Shown here: positions 31,807 through 43,034 of the stretch, piece after piece
How the letters are laid out: every line of letters starts with the position of its first letter
Numbering within the stretch: the first letter of the stretch is position 1
Source: an uncultured Verrucomicrobiae bacterium
Lineage (GTDB): Bacteria; Verrucomicrobiota; Verrucomicrobiia; Chthoniobacterales; JAFAMB01
Direction of reading: 5' to 3'
Assembly: GCA_963782115.1 (NCBI GenBank)
Contig: CAWAIK010000003.1
Location: 32,001 to 96,000 of the forward strand
DNA length: 64,000 bases
Notes under the pieces: generated by a model
Told to the model about the DNA's origin: nothing
The model's database searches: none
Seen by the model: the letters and a program-made list of their open reading frames with translations, nothing else
Made by a program: the position numbers and the translations under genes

Positions 31807-32579
31807 ATTGCCAAGAATGCCACGACTACATCGATGCTTACGTCGATAATGAGCTGGATGTCGCTGCGACAATTCTGGTGAAACAACACTTGCGTGACTG
31901 CGTCCGATGTCAGCAGCTTCTCGAGGCCCGAAAAGCCGTGGGGGCTTTGCTCGACAATCCGCAGGTTAGATTTGAAGTCCCAGATTCCCTTCTTGGGAAG
32001 ATTCAGTCCGTTCTTCCGGCTGTAAGATCCGATGTGAAACAACAGTCCGGCAGCAGATTCGTCATTCCCTGGTTCTCTGTCCCGTTAGCCTTGGCGGCGA
32101 CAATCGCCGTTATGCTCGGGCTGGTTTTCCTGAATCAAGGGGGGATGATTAATCACTCGCGCGGAAACGCGCTCGCACAGGACGTGATCTCCAGTCACGT
32201 TCGCTCCTTGCTTGCCACTCACCTGCTCGATGTCCCCTCGACCGATCAGCATACGGTCAAACCCTGGTTCGACGGAAAGCTTAAATTCTCGCCACCCGTT
32301 CGTGATTTTGCCGACCAAGGCTTCCGTTTGATCGGAGGTCGTCTGGATTATATCAATGGCCGGAAGGTAGCGGCACTGGTCTACCAGCGCAGACTACATA
32401 TTATTAATTTGTTTATCTGGCCTTTGGAATCTGGCCTGAACACAGCCGCGGAAAGTTTCGCCCAGAACGGCTATAATGTTTTGCATTGGGAACGCGACGG
32501 ATTCGCATTCTGGGCCGTTTCTGACGTCAGTGCGGGAGACCTAACGGCTTTTGCGAATCTGGCAATGACGCAGACTTAA
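31803..32579 (+). CDS. transmembrane anti-sigma factor with zinc-finger (HxxxCxxC)
   Basis: MNCQEC..YVDNEL..HLRDCVRC, TM helix, STDQHTVKPWFDGKL, LIGGRLD; ATGA overlap with sigma. Confidence 0.9.
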   Translation: MNCQECHDYIDAYVDNELDVAATILVKQHLRDCVRCQQLLEARKAVGALLDNPQVRFEVPDSLLGKIQSVLPAVRSDVKQQSGSRFVIPWFSVPLALAATIAVMLGLVFLNQGGMINHSRGNALAQDVISSHVRSLLATHLLDVPSTDQHTVKPWFDGKLKFSPPVRDFADQGFRLIGGRLDYINGRKVAALVYQRRLHIINLFIWPLESGLNTAAESFAQNGYNVLHWERDGFAFWAVSDVSAGDLTAFANLAMTQT

Positions 32580-32817
32580 ACGCAGAGTCGCGGTGAATCA
32601 GCGACACGTGATTGGCGCTCGTGTTCAGTTTCGAAGCAAGCGACCGTAGCTCCCGATCCGAAAAGCGACTTCCCATGGTTAACTTCTTTGCATGAGGGCT
32701 CGGCGATACCTTTAAATTCGCAGTTCGCCATTTTCTAAGAGCTTACTGTGATATAAGGAATCCTGATTCTCTAACCGCCTGTCATACGGGAACATAGAAA
32801 GCATTTGATAACGGCTG

Positions 32818-32844
32818 GGAATATATCAGGTGGTCGACCGGTTT
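32818..32844 (+). promoter_or_regulatory. ECF-type promoter candidate
   Basis: GGAAT-N17-GGTTT upstream of the ferritin-like gene. Confidence 0.5.
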
Positions 32845-32916
32845 AAAGAAGTTAAGGCGCATTCGTCGATCAGCACAACGCCTCCATAAAAGAATTAAAC
32901 TCGGTAATCCAGAAAT

Positions 32917-34173
32917 ATGAATAAAGAAGAACACCTCTCTTTTCGAGTCTCGGCTGAGACACAAGACTCTTCCCAGGAATCGCAAGAAATTGAACCTGGC
33001 AATCGCGTCACCGTCGGGCGACGCTCCTTTATCAGGGGCCTAGGCATTGTCGGCGCGACGTTGCTGCCGGCGAGTGCATTATTGATGACCCAACGCAAAG
33101 CCCGGGCGCAGAGCAGTGGAAGCCTTACTAAAGGTGATGCGGATCTTCTCAGGTTCGCGGCATGGGTCGAGCTTGTAGAGAGCGATTTGTGGACGCAATA
33201 CAATGAGCTTGGGGGCGCTACCCAACCCAACGACGGACCACCCAACGTGGGAAATCCGCCGTACAAACTTGCGCTCCAAAATCTCGATGGCGATATGCCC
33301 CAGTATATTACCGACAATAATGATGATGAACTGAGTCACGCAGCTTTCCTGAATGCGTACTTGAGCTCCCATGGCGCAGAGGCGGTCAACCTTGATCGGT
33401 TCCGACATTTGCCGGGTAGTACGGCGACAGGGGTCGACAAACAGAAAAGTGGCAAACGGCTTACAAACCTGCTAAGCCTCAACGTGGACCTTAGTTGGTA
33501 TACTCGATACCGCAGCGAAGAGAACCCCGATTTAGGCGCTATCTTCAAGGGCCCGTTTAATATTTTGAATGAACCGGGCATTCCCTTAAACGACACCGAC
33601 ACTCCTCCCACAACGGTGGTTCCGTCGCCCTCGATTCCTGCGGGATCCCCTGCCCAACGTATCCAAGCGATCGCTAACACCGCGGGATTTCATTTCGCGT
33701 TCATCGAGCAGGGTGGCACGAGTCTTTATCCAACGCTTGCACTAAAGGCAACCAGTGATGAAGTTCTGCGAATTTTGCTAAGTATTGGCGGAGTCGAAAT
33801 AGACCACTTTTCGCTTTGGCATGACAAGGCGGGTAATGCAGTATCCCAACCGCTAGCCGGAGTGATCGATCCCGAAAACCCTAGCGGAGCAACGTTTCCG
33901 GATCTGAATGATCCCGCCACCCTGGCCCGCCTCAACTTACAGTTTGAGCTCACCCAGACCAACAAGATCCTGCCGGAGCCGTGCGATTTCCTTTTCAAAG
34001 AAGCACTGCCTCCCTGTTCCGTCATCCGCCCTACATCTACCGCGCTAGGGGGTGCGGTAGCTACCGTCCAGTCCTTCGCGGCCGACGGACTTTTCAATGG
34101 CCAACCGGAAAGTTTCTTTGATTTCGCAATGCGGCTGGCAACGGCAGCAGACAATGCCCAGCGCCAATTGTAG
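32917..34173 (+). CDS. Tat-exported ferritin-like domain protein
   Basis: GRRSFIRG signal; ELVESDLW, DELSH, IEQGG, VEIDH di-metal-type motifs. Confidence 0.75.
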   Translation: MNKEEHLSFRVSAETQDSSQESQEIEPGNRVTVGRRSFIRGLGIVGATLLPASALLMTQRKARAQSSGSLTKGDADLLRFAAWVELVESDLWTQYNELGGATQPNDGPPNVGNPPYKLALQNLDGDMPQYITDNNDDELSHAAFLNAYLSSHGAEAVNLDRFRHLPGSTATGVDKQKSGKRLTNLLSLNVDLSWYTRYRSEENPDLGAIFKGPFNILNEPGIPLNDTDTPPTTVVPSPSIPAGSPAQRIQAIANTAGFHFAFIEQGGTSLYPTLALKATSDEVLRILLSIGGVEIDHFSLWHDKAGNAVSQPLAGVIDPENPSGATFPDLNDPATLARLNLQFELTQTNKILPEPCDFLFKEALPPCSVIRPTSTALGGAVATVQSFAADGLFNGQPESFFDFAMRLATAADNAQRQL

Positions 34174-34666
34174 TAGACCAGAGAGAGAAACATAAACGCG
34201 CCAGGAGGGTCAGACGCAGTAGATTCTCTACCCGGTTTGCGCCCTCCTGCAGCCACAATCATCGGTCTTACTTGGTCGTGCCCTAGGCGCAAGAGACGAT
34301 TTAGTTTAGAGCGATCGCAGGTGGGCTATGGAACTACTAGCCCGATTTGCAACTGAAAGTGTAGCGCTCATAATTCGGCAAACCGGCGCTAAAGTGGGGC
34401 CTACGAATTGCACGACTCACATCCCAATTCCAAGAGCGGGATACCGGATGCGCAGGCCCAGTAGGAGGTGCGACGAAACGGAGCATTCGCATTAAGAAAG
34501 ATTTAGCAATTTGGTCGGGCTGAAGGCTAGCGACTTGCAACAACGCACTTTATGGTCGCACCTTCACGCCATGCCGGGAAGGCTCTGCTGGCGATTCAGA
34601 CTTGGAGACTTCAATAAAAGGCCTTTCTAGTCTTCGAGTTACACCCCTGCGGCCTCTACCACGCTT

Positions 34667-36355
34667 ATGAATGTTCGTCTCAATAAAACCTCGACTTTCG
34701 CCGCACTGCGCAATCCGGTGTATCGGAAGCTCTGGTTTGCCATTTTGCTTTCCGGAACGTGCGTAGCGGCGCAGGACACGGCGGCCACCTGGACGATGAA
34801 CATGCTCGGTTCCTCGACATTTTTGCTGTCTCTGATATCAACAGTCGCATCCCTGCGCTTTTTCCTCTTTACTCTGCCGGCCGGGGCTCTCGCCGACATG
34901 GTTAACCGGCGGAAGCTCCTCTGCATCATGAATCTGTGGTTGGCAGGCGCGGCCGTATTGCTCGCGATCCTTGGTTCGTTCCAACTGTTGAGTCCCTATG
35001 TACTCCTGTTCTGCGTGTTTTTGATCGGTGTCGGCTTCGCGTTTCACGCCCCTGCATGGTCCGCGATCGTTCCGGACGTGGTTACCGACGAAGAGCTGCC
35101 TTCCGCCGCGACGCTCGGTGGGTTGCAATTGAATGTTTCGGGAATCATCGGTCCGGCGCTGGGCGGCGTTCTGCTATACTTTCTGGGTGCGAACTGGGTT
35201 TTTGCGGTGAACGCCCTCTGCTTCGTTGTGGTAATTCTCGCCCTGTTGCAACGGAAAGGGCCCGAAGCGGAATCAGCGTTCCCGGTGGAAAATTTCCTCG
35301 AATCATTTTCTACCGCCGTCCGATATGTTCGGTATTCGCCCGCGATTCAAGTGGTGCTGACCCGGAACATCCTTTTTGCTTTTTTTATCTCTGTTATACC
35401 GGCGCTGATACCCGTCATCGGGCTGAAGGAACTTCGCCTTCGACCCTGTAGCCTCGGTCTGCTGTTTACTTCCATGGGAGCCGGGTCGGTTCTCAGCGCA
35501 ATTTTCGTTCTGCCGCCGGCCAGGAAGAGGCTCTCTTCGAATACGCTCATCGTCATGGGAAATTTGCTTATTGTATTGGTTTATGTACTGATGGCATTTG
35601 TTCGCCAGAGAGCGCTTTTCCTCGTTGTCGCGGCGCTGGCCGGTGCGGGATGGACACTTTCAGCTTCTGAGCTCTGGGTTGCGGCGCAGCGAGCTATGCC
35701 AAGCTGGGCGCGAGGCCGCATGAACGCCACAGTCATCATGGTGTCGCAGGGCGCCATCGCTTTGGGAGGCATTGTCTGGGGCTTCTCTCGTCAGGCCGCC
35801 GGAGTTAACGTTACGCCGGTTGTAGCCGCGGTCGCGATGGCTGTCAGTCTTTTGCTGGCAATTCCTTTATCAATAAACTTTACGACATCGCTGAGCTTTG
35901 ATCCGCCTCCGATCAACTGCGTGATGATGCCTCTGGTTAATCATCCTCAACCTCGCGACGGACCGGTTGCGATAACGTTCGAAATTGAGGTCGACCGGAT
36001 GCGCGGACGTGAATTTCTTCGGCTGATGCGCGAGGTGCGTTTAATTCACCGCCGAAACGGCGCATTCGGTTGGCGTCTGGACGAGGATCTGACGCGCTCC
36101 AATATCTACCGCATCGAGATGATGGTTCCTTCTTGGACCGGATATCTGCTACAGCGCGATCGGCTCACCAAGGCAGAACAGGAGACGATCAATAAAGTTT
36201 GGCGCTTGCACGTCGGCGAAGACGTTCCTCAAGAACGCTATTATCTTTGCGTGAACAGGGAATTGGATGCGCGTCGCACAACGGTGGACACACCTTTGAG
36301 CATGCCCACAACCCCGCTGGATCTAAGTGCCCAAGAGCTACAGCGAACGTCGTGA
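34667..36355 (+). CDS. MFS transporter with soluble C-terminal extension
   Basis: LPAGALADMVNRRK, APAWSAIVP, IGPALGG, MPSWARGR, RRNGAFGWRL. Confidence 0.9.
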   Translation: MNVRLNKTSTFAALRNPVYRKLWFAILLSGTCVAAQDTAATWTMNMLGSSTFLLSLISTVASLRFFLFTLPAGALADMVNRRKLLCIMNLWLAGAAVLLAILGSFQLLSPYVLLFCVFLIGVGFAFHAPAWSAIVPDVVTDEELPSAATLGGLQLNVSGIIGPALGGVLLYFLGANWVFAVNALCFVVVILALLQRKGPEAESAFPVENFLESFSTAVRYVRYSPAIQVVLTRNILFAFFISVIPALIPVIGLKELRLRPCSLGLLFTSMGAGSVLSAIFVLPPARKRLSSNTLIVMGNLLIVLVYVLMAFVRQRALFLVVAALAGAGWTLSASELWVAAQRAMPSWARGRMNATVIMVSQGAIALGGIVWGFSRQAAGVNVTPVVAAVAMAVSLLLAIPLSINFTTSLSFDPPPINCVMMPLVNHPQPRDGPVAITFEIEVDRMRGREFLRLMREVRLIHRRNGAFGWRLDEDLTRSNIYRIEMMVPSWTGYLLQRDRLTKAEQETINKVWRLHVGEDVPQERYYLCVNRELDARRTTVDTPLSMPTTPLDLSAQELQRTS

Positions 36356-37130
36356 TCGGGGTCACCAGGGTCAGCACACGAAACGGACAATAGAGTACGT
36401 TACGCCTCGTAAAGGTGCGGCCATAGTTTGATGTTGCAAGTCGATCCTCTTCCCTCCCACGACCCCGCTAACTAGCTCTTTCTTAATGTGAATTTCCCAT
36501 TTTGTCGCATTGCCAGGTTCAGGAGGAAAACATTGCCGGTGAAAAACCCTACGCCCAGATCGCTATCGAGTATGCTAGCTCGCCTTCTACCGAACCACTT
36601 CATTCGCATTCCTGTCTTTCCTAAATCCGCGAAAACCGCGCCTGCCTGGCGCTCGGATACCAATTCGGCTATCGCGAGTCGCTCCTTTAACTTCCGTAAG
36701 CGGAAGCTCCAACATTCGGATTCTTACCGCAGCATGGGAGGGGCATAGCAACAAGGAAGAGAATTACCTTCCACATCATCCGGCGCGCGGATTGCAGTCT
36801 CCGGAACAAAACTACCGCCCTCTGGTAATCGTCTTGGGTGCAATGATGGTCGCCGGATTTCCGCTCAAGGCTACGGAAAAAATGTTCGGGAGAAAGTTGT
36901 GCCTGAGCCCGAAACAGAACGTCAAAAGACGGCAGCCGCTTTGGTTGATCGGAAAAGTAGTCTTCGTTATTTAAATCTCCAGAAGACATACCCTCACCAA
37001 CAAAAGGTCGCCACGGCCTAACATCTCGCCGATCAGGAGGAGAAAGTCGCTCAGGATGCGGGCGGGCGCAAAATGAGACATTTCGTTCGCTTGCGCACCA
37101 TGAGTCCATGAAGACATGATCGGATCCTTT

Positions 37131-37600
37131 CTAGTTTGTTGACAGATTAAAAATAGTGTGGGTGTAAAAGCTAATCCCGTTCCGGTCGGCTACCTTGCGT
37201 AGATAATCCAGTGTGGATGCGGCCGTGCCACGCTTCATTCCAGGTTGATCGAGCAGCGCGACCAGCGCGGATTTATTATCGGTGATTAACCCGGACCATC
37301 TTTCGATCCAATCTCTTGTCTGGACGGAAAGCGGAGCTTTGCGGTGCATTGAGAGAATCACGAAGTCTGCCTGTGCGGCGGCTTTCGCGGCCGCATTTCC
37401 AATCTCCGGAACTGCGAGCACCTCGAAGTTCCAAAGTTCCAAGCTAAAGTCGCATTCGTCAACGAGTTCCCGAATCACTCGATTGTAGAAATGCCTTGCC
37501 CGTTTGCCGGCTGCGCTGTCCTCGTAAATGATTGCTACCTTAAATTGCGGCCTGCCACCCAGGTCGGGCCCTGCGTAGGCATCCGTAGCTGATGAAAGTT
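37131..37600 (-). CDS. hypothetical alpha/beta protein
   Basis: VAIIYEDSAAGKRA...LWNFEVL...ADFVILS...ALVALL; start uncertain. Confidence 0.55.
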
Positions 37601-37932
37601 TCAGGGCACTGTAGATTGTGCGCTTATCGGCAGCCAGATATTCCCTTCTCGATCCAGCCACGATAACGCTCGGAGTTCTCCGGCCCGCGCCAAGTCCTCA
37701 ATTAGCCGCTGTGGTAGTCGAAACGTCTGCGGCACGAGCACTGGTGATGGAATTTCAATTTCGTCTGCAGGTTGCTGTACAACCGGGACCGACGCCGGTA
37801 TTTCTTGCTTTTCTGATCGACATTTCATAGAAATGAGTCGCGAATTGGAGGCATTTGAGTGGTATCTCACATTTTACGACAAAAAGAGGAGCATATCCTC
37901 ACACTAGCCTAGCCGCGCTCCGCACAGTGTGT

Positions 37933-38463
37933 TTATCCTCTTAGCTTGGTCGACAGCCCGTAAAATCGGTCCTCTTCCTTACCAGTTTTAATGACTTCTG
38001 CCAGCTCTTTTGCCAACTGTGGATTCAGCTTTTGGAGTGTCGCGAGATCGGCTTGAGCATCACTTTTGCGGCCCATCTCGGTGTAGAGAACGCCCCGATA
38101 CATATAGGCCTCGCTTAACTTAGGCTTGAGCTCGATTGCTGTGTTGTAGTGCTCGAGCGATTTCTGGTAGTTTGCCGCTCCTTGTTTCCTCAGCGTATAC
38201 CCAAGATTATTGTGAGCCTCCGCAAAACTTGGATTTTCTTTTACGGCCTGCTCAAACTTCGCCTGTGCTTCTGGGAATCTCTTTGCCAACATCAATTCAA
38301 CGCCCTGATTGTAGATCGTGATCGAGGGATCACTATCCTTTCGTACTGCCTGCTTTGCGCTCCCCGCTCCAACAGCTGGTAAAGCTGCCAGTATCATCAC
38401 GGCTACGAAGCCCATGCAGCGGCTAACGGCGAGGACTGCTGAGTCAGGTAAAATGCTTTTCAT
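37933..38463 (-). CDS. secreted TPR protein
   Basis: Signal peptide; AEAHNNLGYTLR, EAYMYRGVLY. Confidence 0.85.
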   Translation of the reverse strand: MKSILPDSAVLAVSRCMGFVAVMILAALPAVGAGSAKQAVRKDSDPSITIYNQGVELMLAKRFPEAQAKFEQAVKENPSFAEAHNNLGYTLRKQGAANYQKSLEHYNTAIELKPKLSEAYMYRGVLYTEMGRKSDAQADLATLQKLNPQLAKELAEVIKTGKEEDRFYGLSTKLRG

Positions 38464-38496
38464 AAAAGTCGGTTTTCGTAAATGAGTTTGATTCTT

Positions 38497-38718
38497 CTAA
38501 GTCTGCGGTCTCCGTTCTCTTTCATTTTTTTGTCCTACTGGTGCAGCAGGCCAGAGACATGGTGAGTGACTCTCCGTGTTATAAGTCTGTGGACCGATTT
38601 CTACATAGTCGGCTGACCGTTTATGTTGAGGCCTTGCGTCGAAGCTAGAGCATCCGGTAACTCCCGGCAAGCATACAGCCGACATAATCCCAAGTAATCG
38701 AGTTACGCTATTCTTCAC
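38497..38718 (-). CDS. small lipoprotein-like ORF
   Basis: MKN...VTGCSS lipobox. Confidence 0.4.
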   Translation of the reverse strand: MKNSVTRLLGIMSAVCLPGVTGCSSFDARPQHKRSADYVEIGPQTYNTESHSPCLWPAAPVGQKNERERRPQT

Positions 38719-38769
38719 GGCTTGCCTTCTCTTGACACTTGTCCAAAGTGTCTGCCCGGCTGCAATGCA

Positions 38770-39802
38770 CTAGACTTAACTCTGGAAACACCCACAAACA
38801 GGGCAAAAATTCGGTGGGAGTCGCTCATCAGTATTGCAGGGCTGTCGGTAAGCAAGCCAATTGTCAGGTAAGCGTTGAATTGGTGGTCAGTGACGGTTTC
38901 GTGGCAGCGCCAGTGGGCGGGCGACTATACTTGCCGCAAAGCTGGATGGATGATCCCCAACGCTGCGCTAAGGCGGGGGTGCCTGCCGAGGTGGGATTTG
39001 CCACCAAAAATGAAATCGCCCTAACTTTGATCGAAGAGGCACTTGCCGATCAGGTCGTCCCTGCTCCAGTGCTGTTCGACGCGGCTTATGGCAACGGCTT
39101 TTGCCTTCCGCGCGCACCTGCGCGAACTCCACCTGGAGTTTTTCTTGCAGGTCACCCCTGAGCAACACAAAGGCTGGATACTAGAGGTGCCCACAACCCT
39201 CAAAGGTAAATACCGCATCGTGGACCAAGAGGAGCGCTCAGAACGCACGCAACCTTCTTGAGATTGCGGCTTCTCTACCGGCAGAGGCATGGAAGCATTG
39301 TTGGTGGAAAGCCGCTACGGGAGCAAGACAACATACCCGTATAGCCTGGCAAGAGGTTTTCCTTGCGCGCGGGCTTAAGGAACCACAAGGCCAGCTGGAA
39401 AAGCTTTGGTTGGTGGTCGACTGGCCCAAGGGCGCCAAAGAGCCTTACCATTGTTACCTGGCGCACTTCCATCGCGAGCCTTCCAAAGCGCTTTGCTTAA
39501 AGCTTAGCCGTTCGCGATGGCACGTGGAACAATATTTCCAACGTTCCAAAGATGACCTGGGTTTAGATCATTACGAGGGCCGCTCTTGGCGGGGCTTTCA
39601 TCACCATCTTGTGATGAGCGCGATCGCCTACCTCTTCATTCTGACAACCTACCTTGCGGCAAAAAAAAACTTCTGGTCTGACGTTGGAGAAGATCCTGGA
39701 AGCGATCCGGCCGTGGCTACTGAGATCGACCGGACGCTGCCCATATTGCCAATCGATATTTCCGGAAAAGATCGATGATTCTACTTAACAAAGTAATACT
39801 AG
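38770..39802 (+). mobile_element. IS701-family element, 5'-truncated and frameshifted transposase
   Basis: KQGKNSVGVAHQYC..GKQANCQV, RLYLPQSW, DAAYG, RWHVEQYFQRSKDDLGLDHYEGRSWRGFHHH; ends at ...AAGTAATACTAG. Confidence 0.9.
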
Positions 39803-41634
39803 GAAGTGGCAATGGGATACGGAAGCGGACAATAACTGTGTGTGGCCGAGTGAGCCATTTCGGCCGTGTGACAGCCAAGGAGGACTAGGTCGAGGTCGCT
39901 ATTTGACATAGCCGGAAGCTGCTCGCGGCGCGGACTAAAAGTGGCTACATCTAAGACGTGGTCGTGGAAATTGCGCAGCCTTCTTCTATGGCCGACGCTA
40001 ACCACGGTAGGTCGCCATGACGCCCCGCGCAGCAGGCCATAGAGCTGCGCCTCTGAGGGCTCATCAAGCGCCGACGTTGCCTCGTCCAGGAATAGGAGCG
40101 CCGGCTCCACCAGCAGAATGCGGGCAAAGGCAAACCGTTGCTGTTCGCCGAGCGACAGGCGCTGAGACCAGTTTTCGATCATATCCAGTTCGCCCGCGAG
40201 CCTGCCAAGCCCTACCTCCTCGAGCACTGCAGCGAGCCGCGCCGTCGAGACACCGCATTTATCGCCACGTGGGTAGAGCAGCGCGCTGGCAAGAGTGCCG
40301 AGCGGCAGATAAGGCCGTTGCGGGACGAAGAGCATTCGCCCTTTGCCGAGCCTGATTTCGCCGCGGCCGAACGGCCAAATTCCGGCTATCGCTCGCAGCA
40401 GGGTACTCTTTCCCGCACCGGTCGGGCCCTCGATCAGCATCGCTTCGCCACGAGCCGACGCGAACTCAACGTCACGCAACAGTGAAGTGCCATCCGGCAG
40501 ATCGAGATCGATCTCTTTGACAGCAACGCCGATATTCCCCCGCCGAATATTGATCTGCCGCGCTGCACGCTTTGATTGATGGATTGCGAGCAGCTGCTGT
40601 TCGAAGCCGCTTAGCCGTTGCGTCACTGCCTGCCAGGCAGCGATATCGGTGTAGGCGTTAATGATAAAGGAGAGCGAGTTCTGAACGAAGGAGAACGCAT
40701 TGACCACCTGCATCAGGCCACCCCATCCGATCTGCTTCGCGAAGTAACGTGGTGAAACGATCACCAGGGGGAAGATGAGCGCCGCTTGGGTATAGCCCAA
40801 GGTAAAGCCAGTAAGGCGCCTTTGCCGCTTCATGATGTGGCGAAAATTCTCAAATACGCTGCGGAAGCACTCGTTGAAGACGCGAAGCTCGACCGGTTCG
40901 CCGCCGTAGAGAGCAACACTCTCCGCATTTTCCCGGAAGCGCACCAGGCTGAACCTGAAGTCGGCCTCGAAGCGCTGCCGGTCAACATTCAACCGCACCA
41001 ACGGCCGACCGATTTTGACCGTAAGCCAAGTACCGACACCGGCGTAGAATAATGCTGTCCAGACCAGATACGCAGGTATGTGTACTGTTCCCCACTTGCC
41101 GAGAGGGATCTCCGCCGGTCCGGAGAGCCCCCAGAGTATGACCAGAAAAGAAACCAAGGAGACGACTGAGGTAAGAAGACCAAGCGATAAGCTCAGCACG
41201 TAGGCGGTAAATTGGTTGAGGTCCTCCGCGATACGCTGGTCAGGGTTGTCGGTCGTATCCCGCAGCTGCAGCTGGTAGTAAGCGTGGTCAGCGAGCCAGG
41301 CGCCGAGAAATCTACGCGTCAGCCATCGCCGCCAGCGTATCTGCAGCATCTGGTTGAGGTAGAGGGCGTACACAGACATTGCAATGGCGAAAGCGACTAG
41401 GACGCAAAAGGTGCCGAGCTGGCGGAAGAGTTCACCGCTATCGAACGCCTGCAGTGCATTATAGAAGGCATTGTTCCATGCGTTGATGCGCACGCTGATG
41501 TAGACCTTGCCAAGATCGAGCGCGATTACGGCGAGCAGAAGCCCCCGGGCCGACCATTTCTCCTCCGATGTCCAATAAGGTTTCGCAAGGCGCCACGCGT
41601 CGCGCATTATCTGACGTCTTGCCGTGTCAATCAT
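39799..41634 (-). CDS. fused ABC permease/ATPase (YddA-like)
   Basis: DNPDQRIAED, EADFRFSLVRFRENAE, GPTGAGKS, LSLGEQQR, LDEATS. Confidence 0.9.
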   Translation of the reverse strand: MIDTARRQIMRDAWRLAKPYWTSEEKWSARGLLLAVIALDLGKVYISVRINAWNNAFYNALQAFDSGELFRQLGTFCVLVAFAIAMSVYALYLNQMLQIRWRRWLTRRFLGAWLADHAYYQLQLRDTTDNPDQRIAEDLNQFTAYVLSLSLGLLTSVVSLVSFLVILWGLSGPAEIPLGKWGTVHIPAYLVWTALFYAGVGTWLTVKIGRPLVRLNVDRQRFEADFRFSLVRFRENAESVALYGGEPVELRVFNECFRSVFENFRHIMKRQRRLTGFTLGYTQAALIFPLVIVSPRYFAKQIGWGGLMQVVNAFSFVQNSLSFIINAYTDIAAWQAVTQRLSGFEQQLLAIHQSKRAARQINIRRGNIGVAVKEIDLDLPDGTSLLRDVEFASARGEAMLIEGPTGAGKSTLLRAIAGIWPFGRGEIRLGKGRMLFVPQRPYLPLGTLASALLYPRGDKCGVSTARLAAVLEEVGLGRLAGELDMIENWSQRLSLGEQQRFAFARILLVEPALLFLDEATSALDEPSEAQLYGLLRGASWRPTVVSVGHRRRLRNFHDHVLDVATFSPRREQLPAMSNSDLDLVLLGCHTAEMAHSATHSYCPLPYPIATS

Positions 41635-42584
41635 AGAAACTCCTTGCCGCGTTCACTGTTTTCCTTTGGTCGCGCTCGCGGCTATTTCCTTTTCGCAAGC
41701 TCGATATGCCTTTGCTTCGATGACGTAGTTGGAACCCTCATTTACTCAACCATTCGTATCGTACCCTGCACAAACCAGAGAAGCGAAGGACGCCCTGGAC
41801 CGCATCCTGAAAAACCGGTATTGAACCTGCTACCGGAATGCGACCGAAGAAATACTGCCATTCCATAAACGACTTCTTTCCCATTTCTTTAACATTCCGC
41901 AAATGCTCATTATTCCCACAGACGTTGGACCTAGATACTCGCATCGTCCTCTCTCCACAAGTTAGCCAGATAAAGTTTATTCCCTGTTTTCACAGTAGCT
42001 ATTTACGATGGACAGGTACCGCGGCCCGAGAGGTAATTGGCTCCGGTTCAAAGGGCTTAACCAGACAAACTGCTGTTCTACCTATAAATACTGCAGGAGA
42101 ACCGAATCTATTCCCGATGCCAATCGGCGGCCGGCGCCAATTGGGGTAAACTGTAATTAGATTACCCTTCCTTATTGCCACTCCGAATCACCTGCTAAAG
42201 CTCAGTAGGAAGCAGATGAGCGTAGCGCAAGAGGTCTCAACGGGCGCGAGAGAAAGACTTATCGCACGAGCTCAATTAATTGAACGGGAAACAGTTTCTT
42301 CTATTCCTAGCCTCTGATTTGCCCTCCTACGTAAGTTGTTCGGAGTGAACAGCTATCCCCGCTGTGACGACAAGCCGATTTCACTCGGAGGCAGCGATCT
42401 GAAGGCCCGCGCAGAGAAAGCGAGTAAAACTCCCCGGCCACGGATGCATGCGAACCTTTCATAACCGACAATCCCATGTCATTAGGGCGACAGCTAGTTT
42501 TGTCTCCTCCTCAGAGACTATCCCCTGCCCACTGTCAGCCAGCACAGGTCTTTATTAGGCCGTCATTCTGAGGAATGCTCGTAG

Positions 42585-42611
42585 GGAATAATTACCTTCC
42601 GCGCAGGGTAT
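42585..42611 (+). promoter_or_regulatory. ECF-type promoter candidate
   Basis: GGAAT-N17-GGTAT ending 24 nt before the start codon at 42636. Confidence 0.65.
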
Positions 42612-42635
42612 ATATAAATAGAAAGTAGGTGTTAT

Positions 42636-43034
42636 ATGAAGTTACAGTATTTCTTCGTTTGTATTCTCGCGGCCGCTTCGTTGACGGTTTCGCCAGAGAT
42701 AGTTCTAGCACACGGGGGAGGCGGTAATGGCGGGGGAGGCGGAGGACACGCTTTTTTCGGTGGTGGTGGTCACGGATTGGGCGGTGGTCACGCATTTGGC
42801 GGATCCACCGGCCGCGGCTTTAGTCCGGGATTCAGCGGGACGCGGGGATTTTCTTCCGGTCGCGGAGATCACGGCCGCTTTGGTGACCGTGGTTTCCGTG
42901 GACGCGATCGCGACTTTCGCGGTCGTCGTTTTCGCCATTTTTATGGGGACTTCTTCGATTTCGGCTTCTATGGGTTCGGATATCCGGATTATTACCAGTA
43001 CAACTACCCGTATTACTACCCATACCCCTATTAG
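42636..43034 (+). CDS. small secreted Gly/Arg/Tyr-rich protein
   Basis: Signal peptide, HGGGGNGGGGGGH, RGF repeats, YPDYYQYNYPYYYPYPY; paralog of 4190-4486. Confidence 0.8.
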   Translation: MKLQYFFVCILAAASLTVSPEIVLAHGGGGNGGGGGGHAFFGGGGHGLGGGHAFGGSTGRGFSPGFSGTRGFSSGRGDHGRFGDRGFRGRDRDFRGRRFRHFYGDFFDFGFYGFGYPDYYQYNYPYYYPYPY

